Shown: positions 36,866 to 45,270 of the stretch, piece by piece
Position numbering within the stretch: position 1 is the stretch's first letter
Layout of the letters: every line of letters starts with the position of its first letter
Source: Vicinamibacterales bacterium
Lineage (GTDB): Bacteria; Acidobacteriota; Vicinamibacteria; Vicinamibacterales; UBA2999
DNA: 64,000 nt
NCBI GenBank assembly: GCA_050249615.1
Contig: JBFWQE010000001.1
Span: forward strand, 35,483 to 99,482
Reading direction: 5' to 3'
Notes under the pieces: model-generated
The model's database searches: none
What the model was told of the DNA's origin: nothing
Seen by the model: only the letters and a program-made list of their open reading frames with translations
Made by a program: the position numbers and the translations under genes

Positions 36866-38260
36866 GTGCTTCGCAGGAAATGGGTGTGGGCGGTCCTCGC
36901 GGTGGTCGTGGTGGGCGGTATCGTGGCGTTCATCTCGAGCCGGCGCCAGGACCGTGGCATCACCGTCACGGCCGAGACCATCCAGCGGCGCGATCTCGAG
37001 GCCATCGTGTCGGCGTCGGGCAAGATCGAGCCTCAGAAGACCGTCAACATCAGTGCGCAGTCGATGGGCCGGGTGACGCGGCTGGCCGTCAACGAGGGCG
37101 AGCGGGTCAGGGCCGGCCAGTTCCTGCTCCAGATCGACGCCGTCATCGCCGAGGCGGCGGTTCGGCGCGACGAGGCGGCCCTCGCCGGCGCGCGGACCGC
37201 GCTGGAGCAGTCGCGGGCCTCCCTCCAGAGCGCTCGCGCCAGCCTGGACCTCGCGCGCCAGGCCCTCAAGCGCCAGCAGGAGCTGAACCAGTCGGGGCTG
37301 ACCACGCGCGAGGCGCTCGAACGTGCGCAGGCCGAGGTGGAGATGCGCGAGAGCGACCTCGCGGCGCGTGAGCAGGAGATCAAGAACCGCGAGACGCAGG
37401 CACGCCAGATGGAGGCGGGCCTGCAGAGCAGCCGGCACTCGCTGTCGCAGGTGCGCTTCGAGGCCCCGTTCGACGGCATCGTCACCCGGCGGAACATCGA
37501 AGAGGGCGAGAACGTGGTCGTGGGCACGATGAACAACGCCGGCACCGTGCTGCTGACCGTGGCCGATATGTCGGTCATCGAAGCCGAGATCGAGGTGGAC
37601 GAAACCGACATTCCCTTCGTGCAGCTCGGCCAGCCCGCCAAGGTGACGATCGACGCGCTCCCGGACAAGACGTTCACCGGCAAGGTCACCGAGATTGGCA
37701 ACAGCCCCATCCAGCAGACGGGCACGGCCGGCTCCACGGCGAGGACCGCGACGAACTTCAAGGTCACGGTCACCATCGACGGGCAGATCCCGGACGTCCG
37801 GCCGGGGTTCACCTGCACCGCCGAGATCACCACGGCGACGCGTGCCGGCGTGCTGTCGGTGCCCATCCAGGCGCTGACGGTCCGCGAGCTGCTGTACGAC
37901 GAGAAGGGCAACATCATTCCTGAACTGCGCCCCCCGAAGCCGCGCTGGCAGTTCGGCCCGCAGGCCGCCACCCCGGTGTCCGCCGCCACGACCGAGCTCA
38001 AGCCCGGGCAGAAGCGCGAGGAGACCGAAGGGGTGTTCGTCATCCGAGACGGCAAGGCCACCTTCACCAGGGTCAGGCTGGGCATCGCGGGCGAGCGCTA
38101 CCTCGAGGTGCTCTCCGGCCTCCAGGAGGGCGAGCGCGTGATCACCGGACCCTTCGAATCGGTGCGGGGCATGTACGAGGGCGACGCGGTGAACACGGGC
38201 GATGCGACCTCGGCCTCGGCTGGCGGCGGGTCGGGAGTGCGGGTGCGCGTGGGCGGCTAG
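36866..38260 (+). CDS. Efflux transporter periplasmic adaptor (HlyD/MacA family)
   Basis: N-terminal TM, lipoyl/barrel regions, and a long alpha-hairpin (AEAAVRRDEAALAGARTALEQSRASLQSARASLDLARQALKRQQEL). GTG start 2 nt after the upstream stop. Confidence 0.85.
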   Translation: MLRRKWVWAVLAVVVVGGIVAFISSRRQDRGITVTAETIQRRDLEAIVSASGKIEPQKTVNISAQSMGRVTRLAVNEGERVRAGQFLLQIDAVIAEAAVRRDEAALAGARTALEQSRASLQSARASLDLARQALKRQQELNQSGLTTREALERAQAEVEMRESDLAAREQEIKNRETQARQMEAGLQSSRHSLSQVRFEAPFDGIVTRRNIEEGENVVVGTMNNAGTVLLTVADMSVIEAEIEVDETDIPFVQLGQPAKVTIDALPDKTFTGKVTEIGNSPIQQTGTAGSTARTATNFKVTVTIDGQIPDVRPGFTCTAEITTATRAGVLSVPIQALTVRELLYDEKGNIIPELRPPKPRWQFGPQAATPVSAATTELKPGQKREETEGVFVIRDGKATFTRVRLGIAGERYLEVLSGLQEGERVITGPFESVRGMYEGDAVNTGDATSASAGGGSGVRVRVGG

Positions 38261-38270
38261 GGCCCCGACG

Positions 38271-39494
38271 ATGTCGCAGATCCTCGAGTCGGTGCGGCTG
38301 GCGCTCTCGTCCATCTGGGCGAACAAGCTCCGCTCGCTCCTCACCCTGCTGGGGAACATCGTGGCGGTATCGTCGATCATCACGGTGGTGGCACTCATCA
38401 CCGGGGTGAACGGCGCGGTGACCGACGCCATCGTGTCCGACCTGGGCGCCGATTCATTCGTGATCCAGCGCACCGGCTTCACGCAGAACGAGGACGAGTT
38501 CGAGCGGCAGCGGAGCAACCCCAACGTCACGCTGGACGATGCGGCCGCGGTCAGGCGCTTCAGCACGGCGGTGAGCTCGGTGATGGCGCAGGCGCAGCAG
38601 CGCACGAGCGTCGCCTACCGGGACGAGGAGCTCGAGTCGATCCAGGTTCAGGGCGTCACGGAGGAGTACCTGGACTTCACCACCTTCGACGCCGAGCGAG
38701 GCCGCATGATCAGCCCGGTCGAAATCCGGCGCAAGCGGCAGGTGGCGCTGCTCGGGTGGCAGGTCGCGGACCGGCTGTTCGGTGGCGCGGATCCCATCGA
38801 CAAGCAGGTGCGCATCGCCGGCGTCAACTTCCGCGTCGTCGGCGTCTCGGCCAAGAAGGGCGCGGCCTTCGGCAACTCGCTGGACGAGTTCGCGGTCATC
38901 CCGCTCGGCGCCTACCAGAAGCTGTTCGGTTCACGGGAGTCGCTGCAGCTGATGGTGCGACCGCGTGATGCGACGCTCGTGCAGCAGGCCAAGGACGAGG
39001 CACGGGTGGCCCTCCGGGTGGAACGGCGGCTCAAGCCGACGGAGCCGGACAATTTCGGGATGCTGGCCTCCGACTCGATCCTGGGCATCTTCCAGCAGGC
39101 GACCGCCGGTATTGCCGTCGTGCTCGTCGGCATCGTCGGGCTGTCGCTCCTCGTGGGTGGCATCGTCATCATGAACATCATGTTGATGGTGGTGAGCGAG
39201 CGCACGCGGGAGATCGGGCTCAGGAAGGCGCTCGGCGCCAAGCGGCGGGACATCATGTCGCAGGTGCTCACCGAGTCGGTGACGCTGTCGCTCACCGGGG
39301 GCGTGATTGGCGTCGGGCTCGGCGCGATCTTCGCGATGACGATCGGCACGCTGACTCCGGTGCCCGCGTCGGTGGAAACCTGGTCGGTCGTCCTCGGCGT
39401 CGTGATCACCGCCCTCGTGGGCCTCTTTTTCGGGTGGTATCCGGCGCGGCGCGCGGCCATGCTGGATCCCATCGAGGCGCTGAGGCGCGAGTAG
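38271..39494 (+). CDS. MacB/FtsX-type ABC permease with large periplasmic domain (no fused ATPase)
   Basis: MSQILESVRLALSSIWANKLRSLLTLLG, MacB_PCD-like periplasmic region, C-terminal FtsX helices with EIGLRKALGA. Confidence 0.85.
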   Translation: MSQILESVRLALSSIWANKLRSLLTLLGNIVAVSSIITVVALITGVNGAVTDAIVSDLGADSFVIQRTGFTQNEDEFERQRSNPNVTLDDAAAVRRFSTAVSSVMAQAQQRTSVAYRDEELESIQVQGVTEEYLDFTTFDAERGRMISPVEIRRKRQVALLGWQVADRLFGGADPIDKQVRIAGVNFRVVGVSAKKGAAFGNSLDEFAVIPLGAYQKLFGSRESLQLMVRPRDATLVQQAKDEARVALRVERRLKPTEPDNFGMLASDSILGIFQQATAGIAVVLVGIVGLSLLVGGIVIMNIMLMVVSERTREIGLRKALGAKRRDIMSQVLTESVTLSLTGGVIGVGLGAIFAMTIGTLTPVPASVETWSVVLGVVITALVGLFFGWYPARRAAMLDPIEALRRE

Positions 39495-39496
39495 CC

Positions 39497-40801
39497 GTGT
39501 TCTCCATCACCCGACAGACCGGCCTGTTGCGCGAGACCGCCCGGATGGCGTTCGAGACGCTGCGGTCCAACAAGATGCGCTCGGCGCTCACGGTGCTGGG
39601 CGTGGTGATCGGCGTCACGTCGATCGTGGGGATGACCTCCCTCATCCGGGGCTTCGACACCTCGCTGCGCGATTCCATCGCGGCGCTCGGCCCCAAGACC
39701 ATCTTCGTGCAGCGCTTCGGCGCCGTCAGCTTCTCGTCGGGCGCCTCGTTCCTCGAGTTGATCCGGCGCCCGGGCCTCACCGTGGAGGACGGCGAGGCCA
39801 TCCGCCGGCTGGCGCCGTCGGTGGCCATCGTGGACACCTGGCTCGGCGCGGGCCCACCCCAGCCGACGATGGAGCGGATGTTCTACGAGGGCGAGCGGAC
39901 CCGTCCGGCTGCCGTCATGGGCACCAGCGAGCGCTTCGTGGACGTGAACTTCGCCACGATGTTCGCCGGTCGGACGTTCACCGAGCAGGAGGTGCTGCGG
40001 CGCCGCCGGGTGGCAGTCATCGGCTACGGGCCCTACCAGGCGCTGTTCGAGCCGCGCGGCATCGACCCCGTCGGCAAGCGCATCCGCATCGGCGCGCTCG
40101 ACTACACGGTGATAGGCGTCGTGGACAAGCGCCCGGCAGCCGGCGGTTTCAGCCTGGGCCAGGACGATTTCGCGATCATCCCCTACACGGCCTTCCGCAA
40201 GCAGTTCGGGAGCGAGCGTGTGCGAACGGGGCCCTTCGGCGGCCAGGCCGTGATGATCGCGGTGGTGCCCCACGAGAACGCCACGCGCGAGGACGCCATG
40301 CGCGAGGTCGAGGCCATCATGCGTATCCGCCACGGGCTGACGCTCGAGAAGCCGAACGACTTCGACCTGGTCACCCAGGACGCGGTGCTGAAGGTCTGGG
40401 AACAGATCTCCCAGGCGGTCCTGCTGTCGCTGGTCGTCATCTCGTCGATTGCGCTGATGGTGGGCGGCATCGGCGTGATGGCCATCATGACCATCTCGGT
40501 CACCGAGCGCACGCGCGAGATCGGCGTCCGCAAGGCCATCGGCGCCCGTCGCCTGGAGATCCTCACGCAGTTCCTGATCGAGGCTGTGGTCCTCACGAGC
40601 GTCGGCGGGATCCTGGGCGTCCTGCTGGGCAGCGGCATCGGCCTGCTGGTGAACCTGCTGTCGGGCTTCCCGGTCTCGCTCCCGTGGTGGTCGTTCGCGC
40701 TCGGGCTGGGGTTCTCGGCGTCCGTCGGCGTGTTCTTCGGGATGCTGCCCGCGTGGCGCGCCTCGCGCATGGATCCCATCGAGGCGCTGCGCTACGAATA
40801 G
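39497..40801 (+). CDS. Second MacB/FtsX-type ABC permease (no fused ATPase)
   Basis: ...MAFETLRSNKMRSALTVLGVVIGV, EIGVRKAIGA. GTG at 39497 (alternative ATG at 39545). Confidence 0.85.
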   Translation: MFSITRQTGLLRETARMAFETLRSNKMRSALTVLGVVIGVTSIVGMTSLIRGFDTSLRDSIAALGPKTIFVQRFGAVSFSSGASFLELIRRPGLTVEDGEAIRRLAPSVAIVDTWLGAGPPQPTMERMFYEGERTRPAAVMGTSERFVDVNFATMFAGRTFTEQEVLRRRRVAVIGYGPYQALFEPRGIDPVGKRIRIGALDYTVIGVVDKRPAAGGFSLGQDDFAIIPYTAFRKQFGSERVRTGPFGGQAVMIAVVPHENATREDAMREVEAIMRIRHGLTLEKPNDFDLVTQDAVLKVWEQISQAVLLSLVVISSIALMVGGIGVMAIMTISVTERTREIGVRKAIGARRLEILTQFLIEAVVLTSVGGILGVLLGSGIGLLVNLLSGFPVSLPWWSFALGLGFSASVGVFFGMLPAWRASRMDPIEALRYE

Positions 40802-40877
40802 GCGGGCACCTGCCTGCACCTGACATATGATTCCTCCAGTGACGGACGTCTGACGCGCCCGGGGAGGCTTCCCGCCT

Positions 40878-42971
40878 ATGAAGGTTTACGACGCTGCCAG
40901 CATCCGCAACGTGGCCGTGGTTGGCCACGGCGGATGCGGGAAGACGCAGCTGGTGTCTGCGCTGTTGTTCTCGGCCGGCATGGTCAACCGGCTCGGCCTG
41001 GTGGACGATGGCACGACGGTCACTGACTACGACGAAGAGGAAATCGCCCGCAAGCACACGCTCGGCGCCGGCCTCGCGCACGCCGAGTGGAACAAGACCA
41101 AGATCAACCTCATCGACACGCCCGGATTCGGCAACTTCTTCGCCGACACGCGCGCGGCCCTGCACGTCGCCGATGCCGCGCTGGTGGTCGTGGACGCCGT
41201 GGCCGGCGTCGAGGTGCAGACCGAGAAGGCCTGGCACGCCGCCGACGAACTGGCGCTGCCCCGCCTCGTCTGCGTGAACCGCCTGGACCGCGACCGGGCA
41301 TCGCTCGACCGCACGCTCGAGTCGCTGCGCCAGTCCCTCGGACGCGCCATCGTCCCCATCCAGCTGCCCATCGGCGAGGAGAAGCACTTCACGGGAGTGG
41401 TGGACCTCGTGGGCCTGAAGGCGTTCACGTTCCCCGCCGACGGTTCGAGCCGCGTCACGGAAGGCCCGGTGCCGGGCGCGATGGAGGCCGAGGTTGCCGC
41501 CGCGCGCGAGGCCCTGATCGAAATGGTCGCGGAGGCCGACGAGGCGCTCATGGAGCACTTCTTCGAGGCCGGCACGCTCACCACCGAGGAACTGGCGTCG
41601 GGCCTCCGCAAGGCGACGGCCGCTGCCAAGATCGTCCCGCTGGTCTGCACATCCGGGCTCCAGAACGTGGGGGCGCAACCGCTGCTGGATGCCATCCTGG
41701 CCTGGGCGCCGTCGCCGGCGGAGCGCCCCTTCCGGGCGATCAGCGACGGACAGGCCGTGACCCGCGACCTCGACGAGAAGGCCCCCTACGCCGCGTTCGT
41801 CTGGAAGACGGTGGCCGATCAGTTCGCCGGCCGCATCACGCTGTTCCGCGTCTACCAGGGCGTCCTGAAGGCGGACTCCACGGTCTCGAACCTCACGCGC
41901 GGCACGCAGGAACGCCTGGGCCACCTGGCCGTGCTGCAGGGCAAGACCCAGGTCACCGTCCCCGAGATCAAGGCGGGGGACCTGGGCGCGGTCGCCAAGC
42001 TGAAGGACACCCGCACCAACGACACGCTGGCGGACAGGGCGGCGGGCATCGCCTTTCCCCCCATCACGTTTCCCGAGCCCGTCCTCTCCTACGCCATCGA
42101 GCCCAAGAGCCGCGGCGACGAGGACAAGATCAGCACCTCGATGCACCGCCTCGAGGAAGAGGACGCCACCATCCGCTACGCACGCGACCCGCAGACCAAC
42201 GAGCTGCTGCTGGCCGGACAGGGCCAGCTGCACATCGAGGTGACGGTCGCGAAGCTGAAGCGCCGTTTCGGCGTGGAGGTGAACCTCAAGCCGCCGCGCA
42301 TCCCCTACCGGGAGACGATCACGGCGCGGGTCGAAGCCCACGGGCGCCACAAGAAGCAGACCGGCGGCCACGGCCAGTTCGGCGACTGCAAGATCCGCAT
42401 GGAGCCGCTGCCGCGCGGCAGCGACTTCGAGTTCGTGGACGAGATCTTCGGCGGGTCCATCCCGCGGCAGTTCATCCCGGCCGTCGAGAAGGGCATCCAG
42501 GAGTCGCGCATGCGCGGCTACCTGGCCGGCTACCCCGTCGTGGACTTCCGCGTGGTGCTCACCGACGGGCAGTACCACGACGTGGATTCCAACGAGCTGT
42601 CCTTCAAGACCGCGGGCTGGCTGGCCTTCAAGGACGGGATGTCCAAGGCGCGGCCCACACTGCTCGAGCCCATCATGAACGTCGAGGTGTACGCGCCGAG
42701 CGACTACGCGGGTGACCTGATGGGCGATCTGAACGGCCGACGCGGCCGCATCTCGGGCATGGAGCCGCGGGGGCAGATGACCGTCATCAAGGCGCAGGTG
42801 CCAATGGCCGAGATGCTGACCTACGAGCAGCACCTCACCTCGGTGACGGGCGGGCGCGGGTCCTACCACATGGAGTACTCGCACTACGACGAGGTGCCCG
42901 CGCACCAGCAGCAGAAGATCATCGCGGCGGCCAGGGCAGAACGCGGACAGGCCGCCGAGCCGGAAGCGTGA
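40878..42971 (+). CDS. Elongation factor G paralog (EF-G2-like) with divergent G-domain motifs
   Basis: Full five-domain EF-G architecture, but G1 is GHGGCGKT, switch II is DTPGFGNF (the canonical fusA in this window has DTPGHVDF) and G4 is NRLD. Confidence 0.85.
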   Translation: MKVYDAASIRNVAVVGHGGCGKTQLVSALLFSAGMVNRLGLVDDGTTVTDYDEEEIARKHTLGAGLAHAEWNKTKINLIDTPGFGNFFADTRAALHVADAALVVVDAVAGVEVQTEKAWHAADELALPRLVCVNRLDRDRASLDRTLESLRQSLGRAIVPIQLPIGEEKHFTGVVDLVGLKAFTFPADGSSRVTEGPVPGAMEAEVAAAREALIEMVAEADEALMEHFFEAGTLTTEELASGLRKATAAAKIVPLVCTSGLQNVGAQPLLDAILAWAPSPAERPFRAISDGQAVTRDLDEKAPYAAFVWKTVADQFAGRITLFRVYQGVLKADSTVSNLTRGTQERLGHLAVLQGKTQVTVPEIKAGDLGAVAKLKDTRTNDTLADRAAGIAFPPITFPEPVLSYAIEPKSRGDEDKISTSMHRLEEEDATIRYARDPQTNELLLAGQGQLHIEVTVAKLKRRFGVEVNLKPPRIPYRETITARVEAHGRHKKQTGGHGQFGDCKIRMEPLPRGSDFEFVDEIFGGSIPRQFIPAVEKGIQESRMRGYLAGYPVVDFRVVLTDGQYHDVDSNELSFKTAGWLAFKDGMSKARPTLLEPIMNVEVYAPSDYAGDLMGDLNGRRGRISGMEPRGQMTVIKAQVPMAEMLTYEQHLTSVTGGRGSYHMEYSHYDEVPAHQQQKIIAAARAERGQAAEPEA

Positions 42972-43101
42972 TTGGCCGTAGATAGCACCGGTGCCGCCGG
43001 TGCCGCGGATAACGCAGATGATGCTGGGTACGGCTTCGGATTGACCCGACCCGAGTGGCACGGGGCGAGGTGGAACGCGGCTGGCCGCCGGCCCCGGCCG
43101 C

Positions 43102-43190
43102 CACCTGCGCCATCTGCGCCATCTGCGCCATCTGCGCCATCTGCGTTATCTGCGCTATCTGCGTTATCTGCGTTATCTGCGTTATTGCGA
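43102..43190. repeat. Tandem 9-bp repeat (C/T)ATCTGCG(C/T), about 10 copies
   Basis: cacctgcgc, then catctgcgc x3, catctgcgt, tatctgcgc, tatctgcgt x3, tattgcga. The last copies overlap the VWA gene stop (43182-43184). Confidence 0.95.
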
Positions 43191-45026
43191 CACCGTGAAG
43201 GCCACGACTTGCGCCCCGGAGGCGTCACCAGCCGAGACTTCGACGCGCACGGCGTAGGTGCTGGGCGCCAGGCTGGCCAGCGGCATGACCACCCGCGCCA
43301 CCCCCTCGGTAGCCGTGCGGACGGTCAGCGGCGCCAGGGGCTGACCGTCCCTGTTGGTCAGCTGCGCGCGGACTTCCGGCGAGGCCGCGACCGCCTTGTA
43401 GGGAACGTCAATCACCAGGCGGTCGGTGCGCCGGAAGCGCCGAGACGCTGAAGGCGTCGGCGCCGGGTCGGTGTCGAACGCGCGGGTCTCGGCCAGGGTC
43501 CGTGTCCGGTACACCCGCGGCGTGCCCAGGGTCAGCGGCGCGCCGGCGTAGTCCGGCACGACCAGCGACTGGGTCCACCGGTCCACGACCGCGCCGCCGG
43601 CCGACCGTACCGTGAGCCGCAGCGCCGCGGACCCGGGCTCGAGATCGAACGAGGCGACGGTCGGCACGTCCCCGCTCTTCGGGGGCGCCGAGATGCGCTG
43701 CGCCTCTCCCAGCGACGTGCCCGTGCGGGTGACGGGCTCGATCTCGACGGTGGCCGGCGCCTCGTCATCCGACAGCCGGCCCGACGGCTCCCACGTGACC
43801 TGGAGCGACGTGCGGTCGGCGCCCGACGGCTCACTCCCCACCCAGAGGTCAATCTGCCGGCCGTCCACGGGCTCGACCAGCGCCCGCAGCGCGTCGTTGA
43901 GCGGTACGTCCGGCGGCGGGGGCGGCTCCGGATTGAGCTCGGCTTCAGTGGGGGCCCAGTAGCCGCGACGGGCCGTCACGCGGACGCCCGACCGCTTCAC
44001 GCGCACGTTGATCCTGTGGAACTTCCCGTCGGCGAGCTGGCGGCTCGGCGAGTAGCCCACCAGGTAATACGCGCTCGCGTCGGCGAAGACCTGCTCGAGC
44101 CCTTCTTCCGGGTTGTTCGTGTTCACGATGGCGCGCCCGCCGGTCTCCGCCGACAGCCGCCGCAGCGCCTCGGCCCCGCCAAACGGCGCGGATCCGAGCG
44201 GTCGCGGGTCCAGCACGTGCACGGTGACGTTGCTCCGGTTGGCCGCCCGCAGCGCGGCTTCCAGCCGCGGGTAGACCGCGCTCCCCGGCATGCCCACCGG
44301 GGGGCCCTGGCTGACGAACAGCACGGACTTCCGGCCCTCGCGAAGCCCGCCGAGGTGCGTGGCTACGGCCTCGAGCGCCGACAGTGTCACCGCCGCCCGC
44401 AGCTCGAAGACGTTGCGCTGCGACACCTGGGCCTCCTCCACCGCGCTCTTGACGGGGAACAGCAATCCTCGCCGGCCCTCGAAGGCCCGGACGCGCTCCA
44501 GCAGTTCGGCCTTGTTCCGCGTGAACCGGAGGCTGTCGAGCGTCGTCAGCGGATCCATGATCGCGACGAGATCGGTCGGCTGCAGCCGCTCCACGAAGCT
44601 CTCGAGCGCCCGCCTGAGCGGAATGGTGATGGTCGGGTGGCGGTCGATGTGGTAGTCGTCCAGCAGGACGGCGAAGAGTCGCACGTCTTCCCGGGCAGCC
44701 TCGACGCGGGCCTGGGACGGCCCCCGGATCTCCAGCGACTCACCCGTGTCCTCGTGCCGCTGCCCGTCGATCCGGACGAACTGGACCGTCTCCACCGCCT
44801 GTGGCACGTCGTCCTCGGTCACGATGAAGTCGGAGGCCTGCAGGTCGGTGACGGGCTCGTCGTCGCGCCCGGTGACGGAGACGTCTACACGGACCAGATC
44901 CACCTTGGCCCGGAAGATGGGCTGCTCGGGCTGCTCCGCTGGCCGGGCGGCCTGGCTGCCTGCCAGGACCCCGACAAACGAGACTGCCATGATCGCCGGC
45001 AGCAGGCGGCGAATCGCTCGAGACAT
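43182..45026 (-). CDS. VWA domain-containing protein (VWFA-related acidobacterial-domain type)
   Basis: Signal peptide, then FRAKVDLVRVDVSVTGRDDEPVTDLQASDFIVTEDDVPQAVETVQFV, the characteristic N-terminal module. VWA-like core and beta-rich C-terminus. Start at MSRAIRRLL (ATG 45024-45026). Confidence 0.75.
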   Translation of the reverse strand: MSRAIRRLLPAIMAVSFVGVLAGSQAARPAEQPEQPIFRAKVDLVRVDVSVTGRDDEPVTDLQASDFIVTEDDVPQAVETVQFVRIDGQRHEDTGESLEIRGPSQARVEAAREDVRLFAVLLDDYHIDRHPTITIPLRRALESFVERLQPTDLVAIMDPLTTLDSLRFTRNKAELLERVRAFEGRRGLLFPVKSAVEEAQVSQRNVFELRAAVTLSALEAVATHLGGLREGRKSVLFVSQGPPVGMPGSAVYPRLEAALRAANRSNVTVHVLDPRPLGSAPFGGAEALRRLSAETGGRAIVNTNNPEEGLEQVFADASAYYLVGYSPSRQLADGKFHRINVRVKRSGVRVTARRGYWAPTEAELNPEPPPPPDVPLNDALRALVEPVDGRQIDLWVGSEPSGADRTSLQVTWEPSGRLSDDEAPATVEIEPVTRTGTSLGEAQRISAPPKSGDVPTVASFDLEPGSAALRLTVRSAGGAVVDRWTQSLVVPDYAGAPLTLGTPRVYRTRTLAETRAFDTDPAPTPSASRRFRRTDRLVIDVPYKAVAASPEVRAQLTNRDGQPLAPLTVRTATEGVARVVMPLASLAPSTYAVRVEVSAGDASGAQVVAFTVSQ

Positions 45027-45114
45027 CTGACTCTTGAGACGCGCGGCGGCGGCTCCCGGCCGCGCCCGTGCGGGGAGGCGCCGCGCAGCGGCGGCCGCGT
45101 GCTCAGTATGGCAT

Positions 45115-45133
45115 CCCACGCGGGGTGCGTGGG
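45115..45133. terminator. Short GC hairpin downstream of rplQ and its repeat array
   Basis: CCCACGC-GGGGT-GCGTGGG. No U tract on the minus strand. Confidence 0.25.
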
Positions 45134-45198
45134 TGATTTCGGGGGTGAAACGGAACAGGCAGGTGAACCGGCGGCCCGGGCGGGGGTGAGGCCCGGCC

Positions 45199-45270
45199 CC
45201 GAGGCTCCGAGGCTCTCAGAACCCCAGAGCCTCAGAACCTCAGTGAACCTCAGAACGCGAGAGCCGAAGA
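45199..45270. repeat. Degenerate tandem 8-bp repeat array (CCGAGGCT x2, then CTCAGAAC-type x about 7)
   Basis: ccgaggct ccgaggct ctcagaac cccagagc ctcagaac ctcagtga acctcaga acgcgaga gccgaaga. It ends exactly at the rplQ stop codon (45271-45273). Confidence 0.8.

Noticed and set aside
43102-43190. Reading the short tandem arrays, here and at the other ten loci, as a CRISPR array.
   Set aside because: The units are 7-9 bp and directly abutting, with no unique spacers. No cas genes are present. This is not CRISPR architecture.
43138-43190. Interpreting the TTATCTGCG units as a cluster of DnaA boxes (consensus TTATCCACA) or as plasmid-type iterons.
   Set aside because: Only 6 of 9 positions match. 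The boxes are contiguous with a 9-bp period, which gives no helical phasing or spacing typical of DnaA clusters. There is no dnaA/dnaN, AT-rich unwinding element or rep gene nearby.
42884-43451. ORFs reading through the 9-bp array as tripeptide repeats: 42972-43451 (+) with SAPSAPSAP/SALSALSAL, and 42884-43228 (-) with NADNADNAD/GADGADGAD.
   Set aside because: Both overlap the conserved 3' ends of fusA2 or the VWA gene, and they have no convincing start context. Period-9 repeats inevitably create in-frame peptide repeats. The related 7- and 8-bp arrays cannot be coding.
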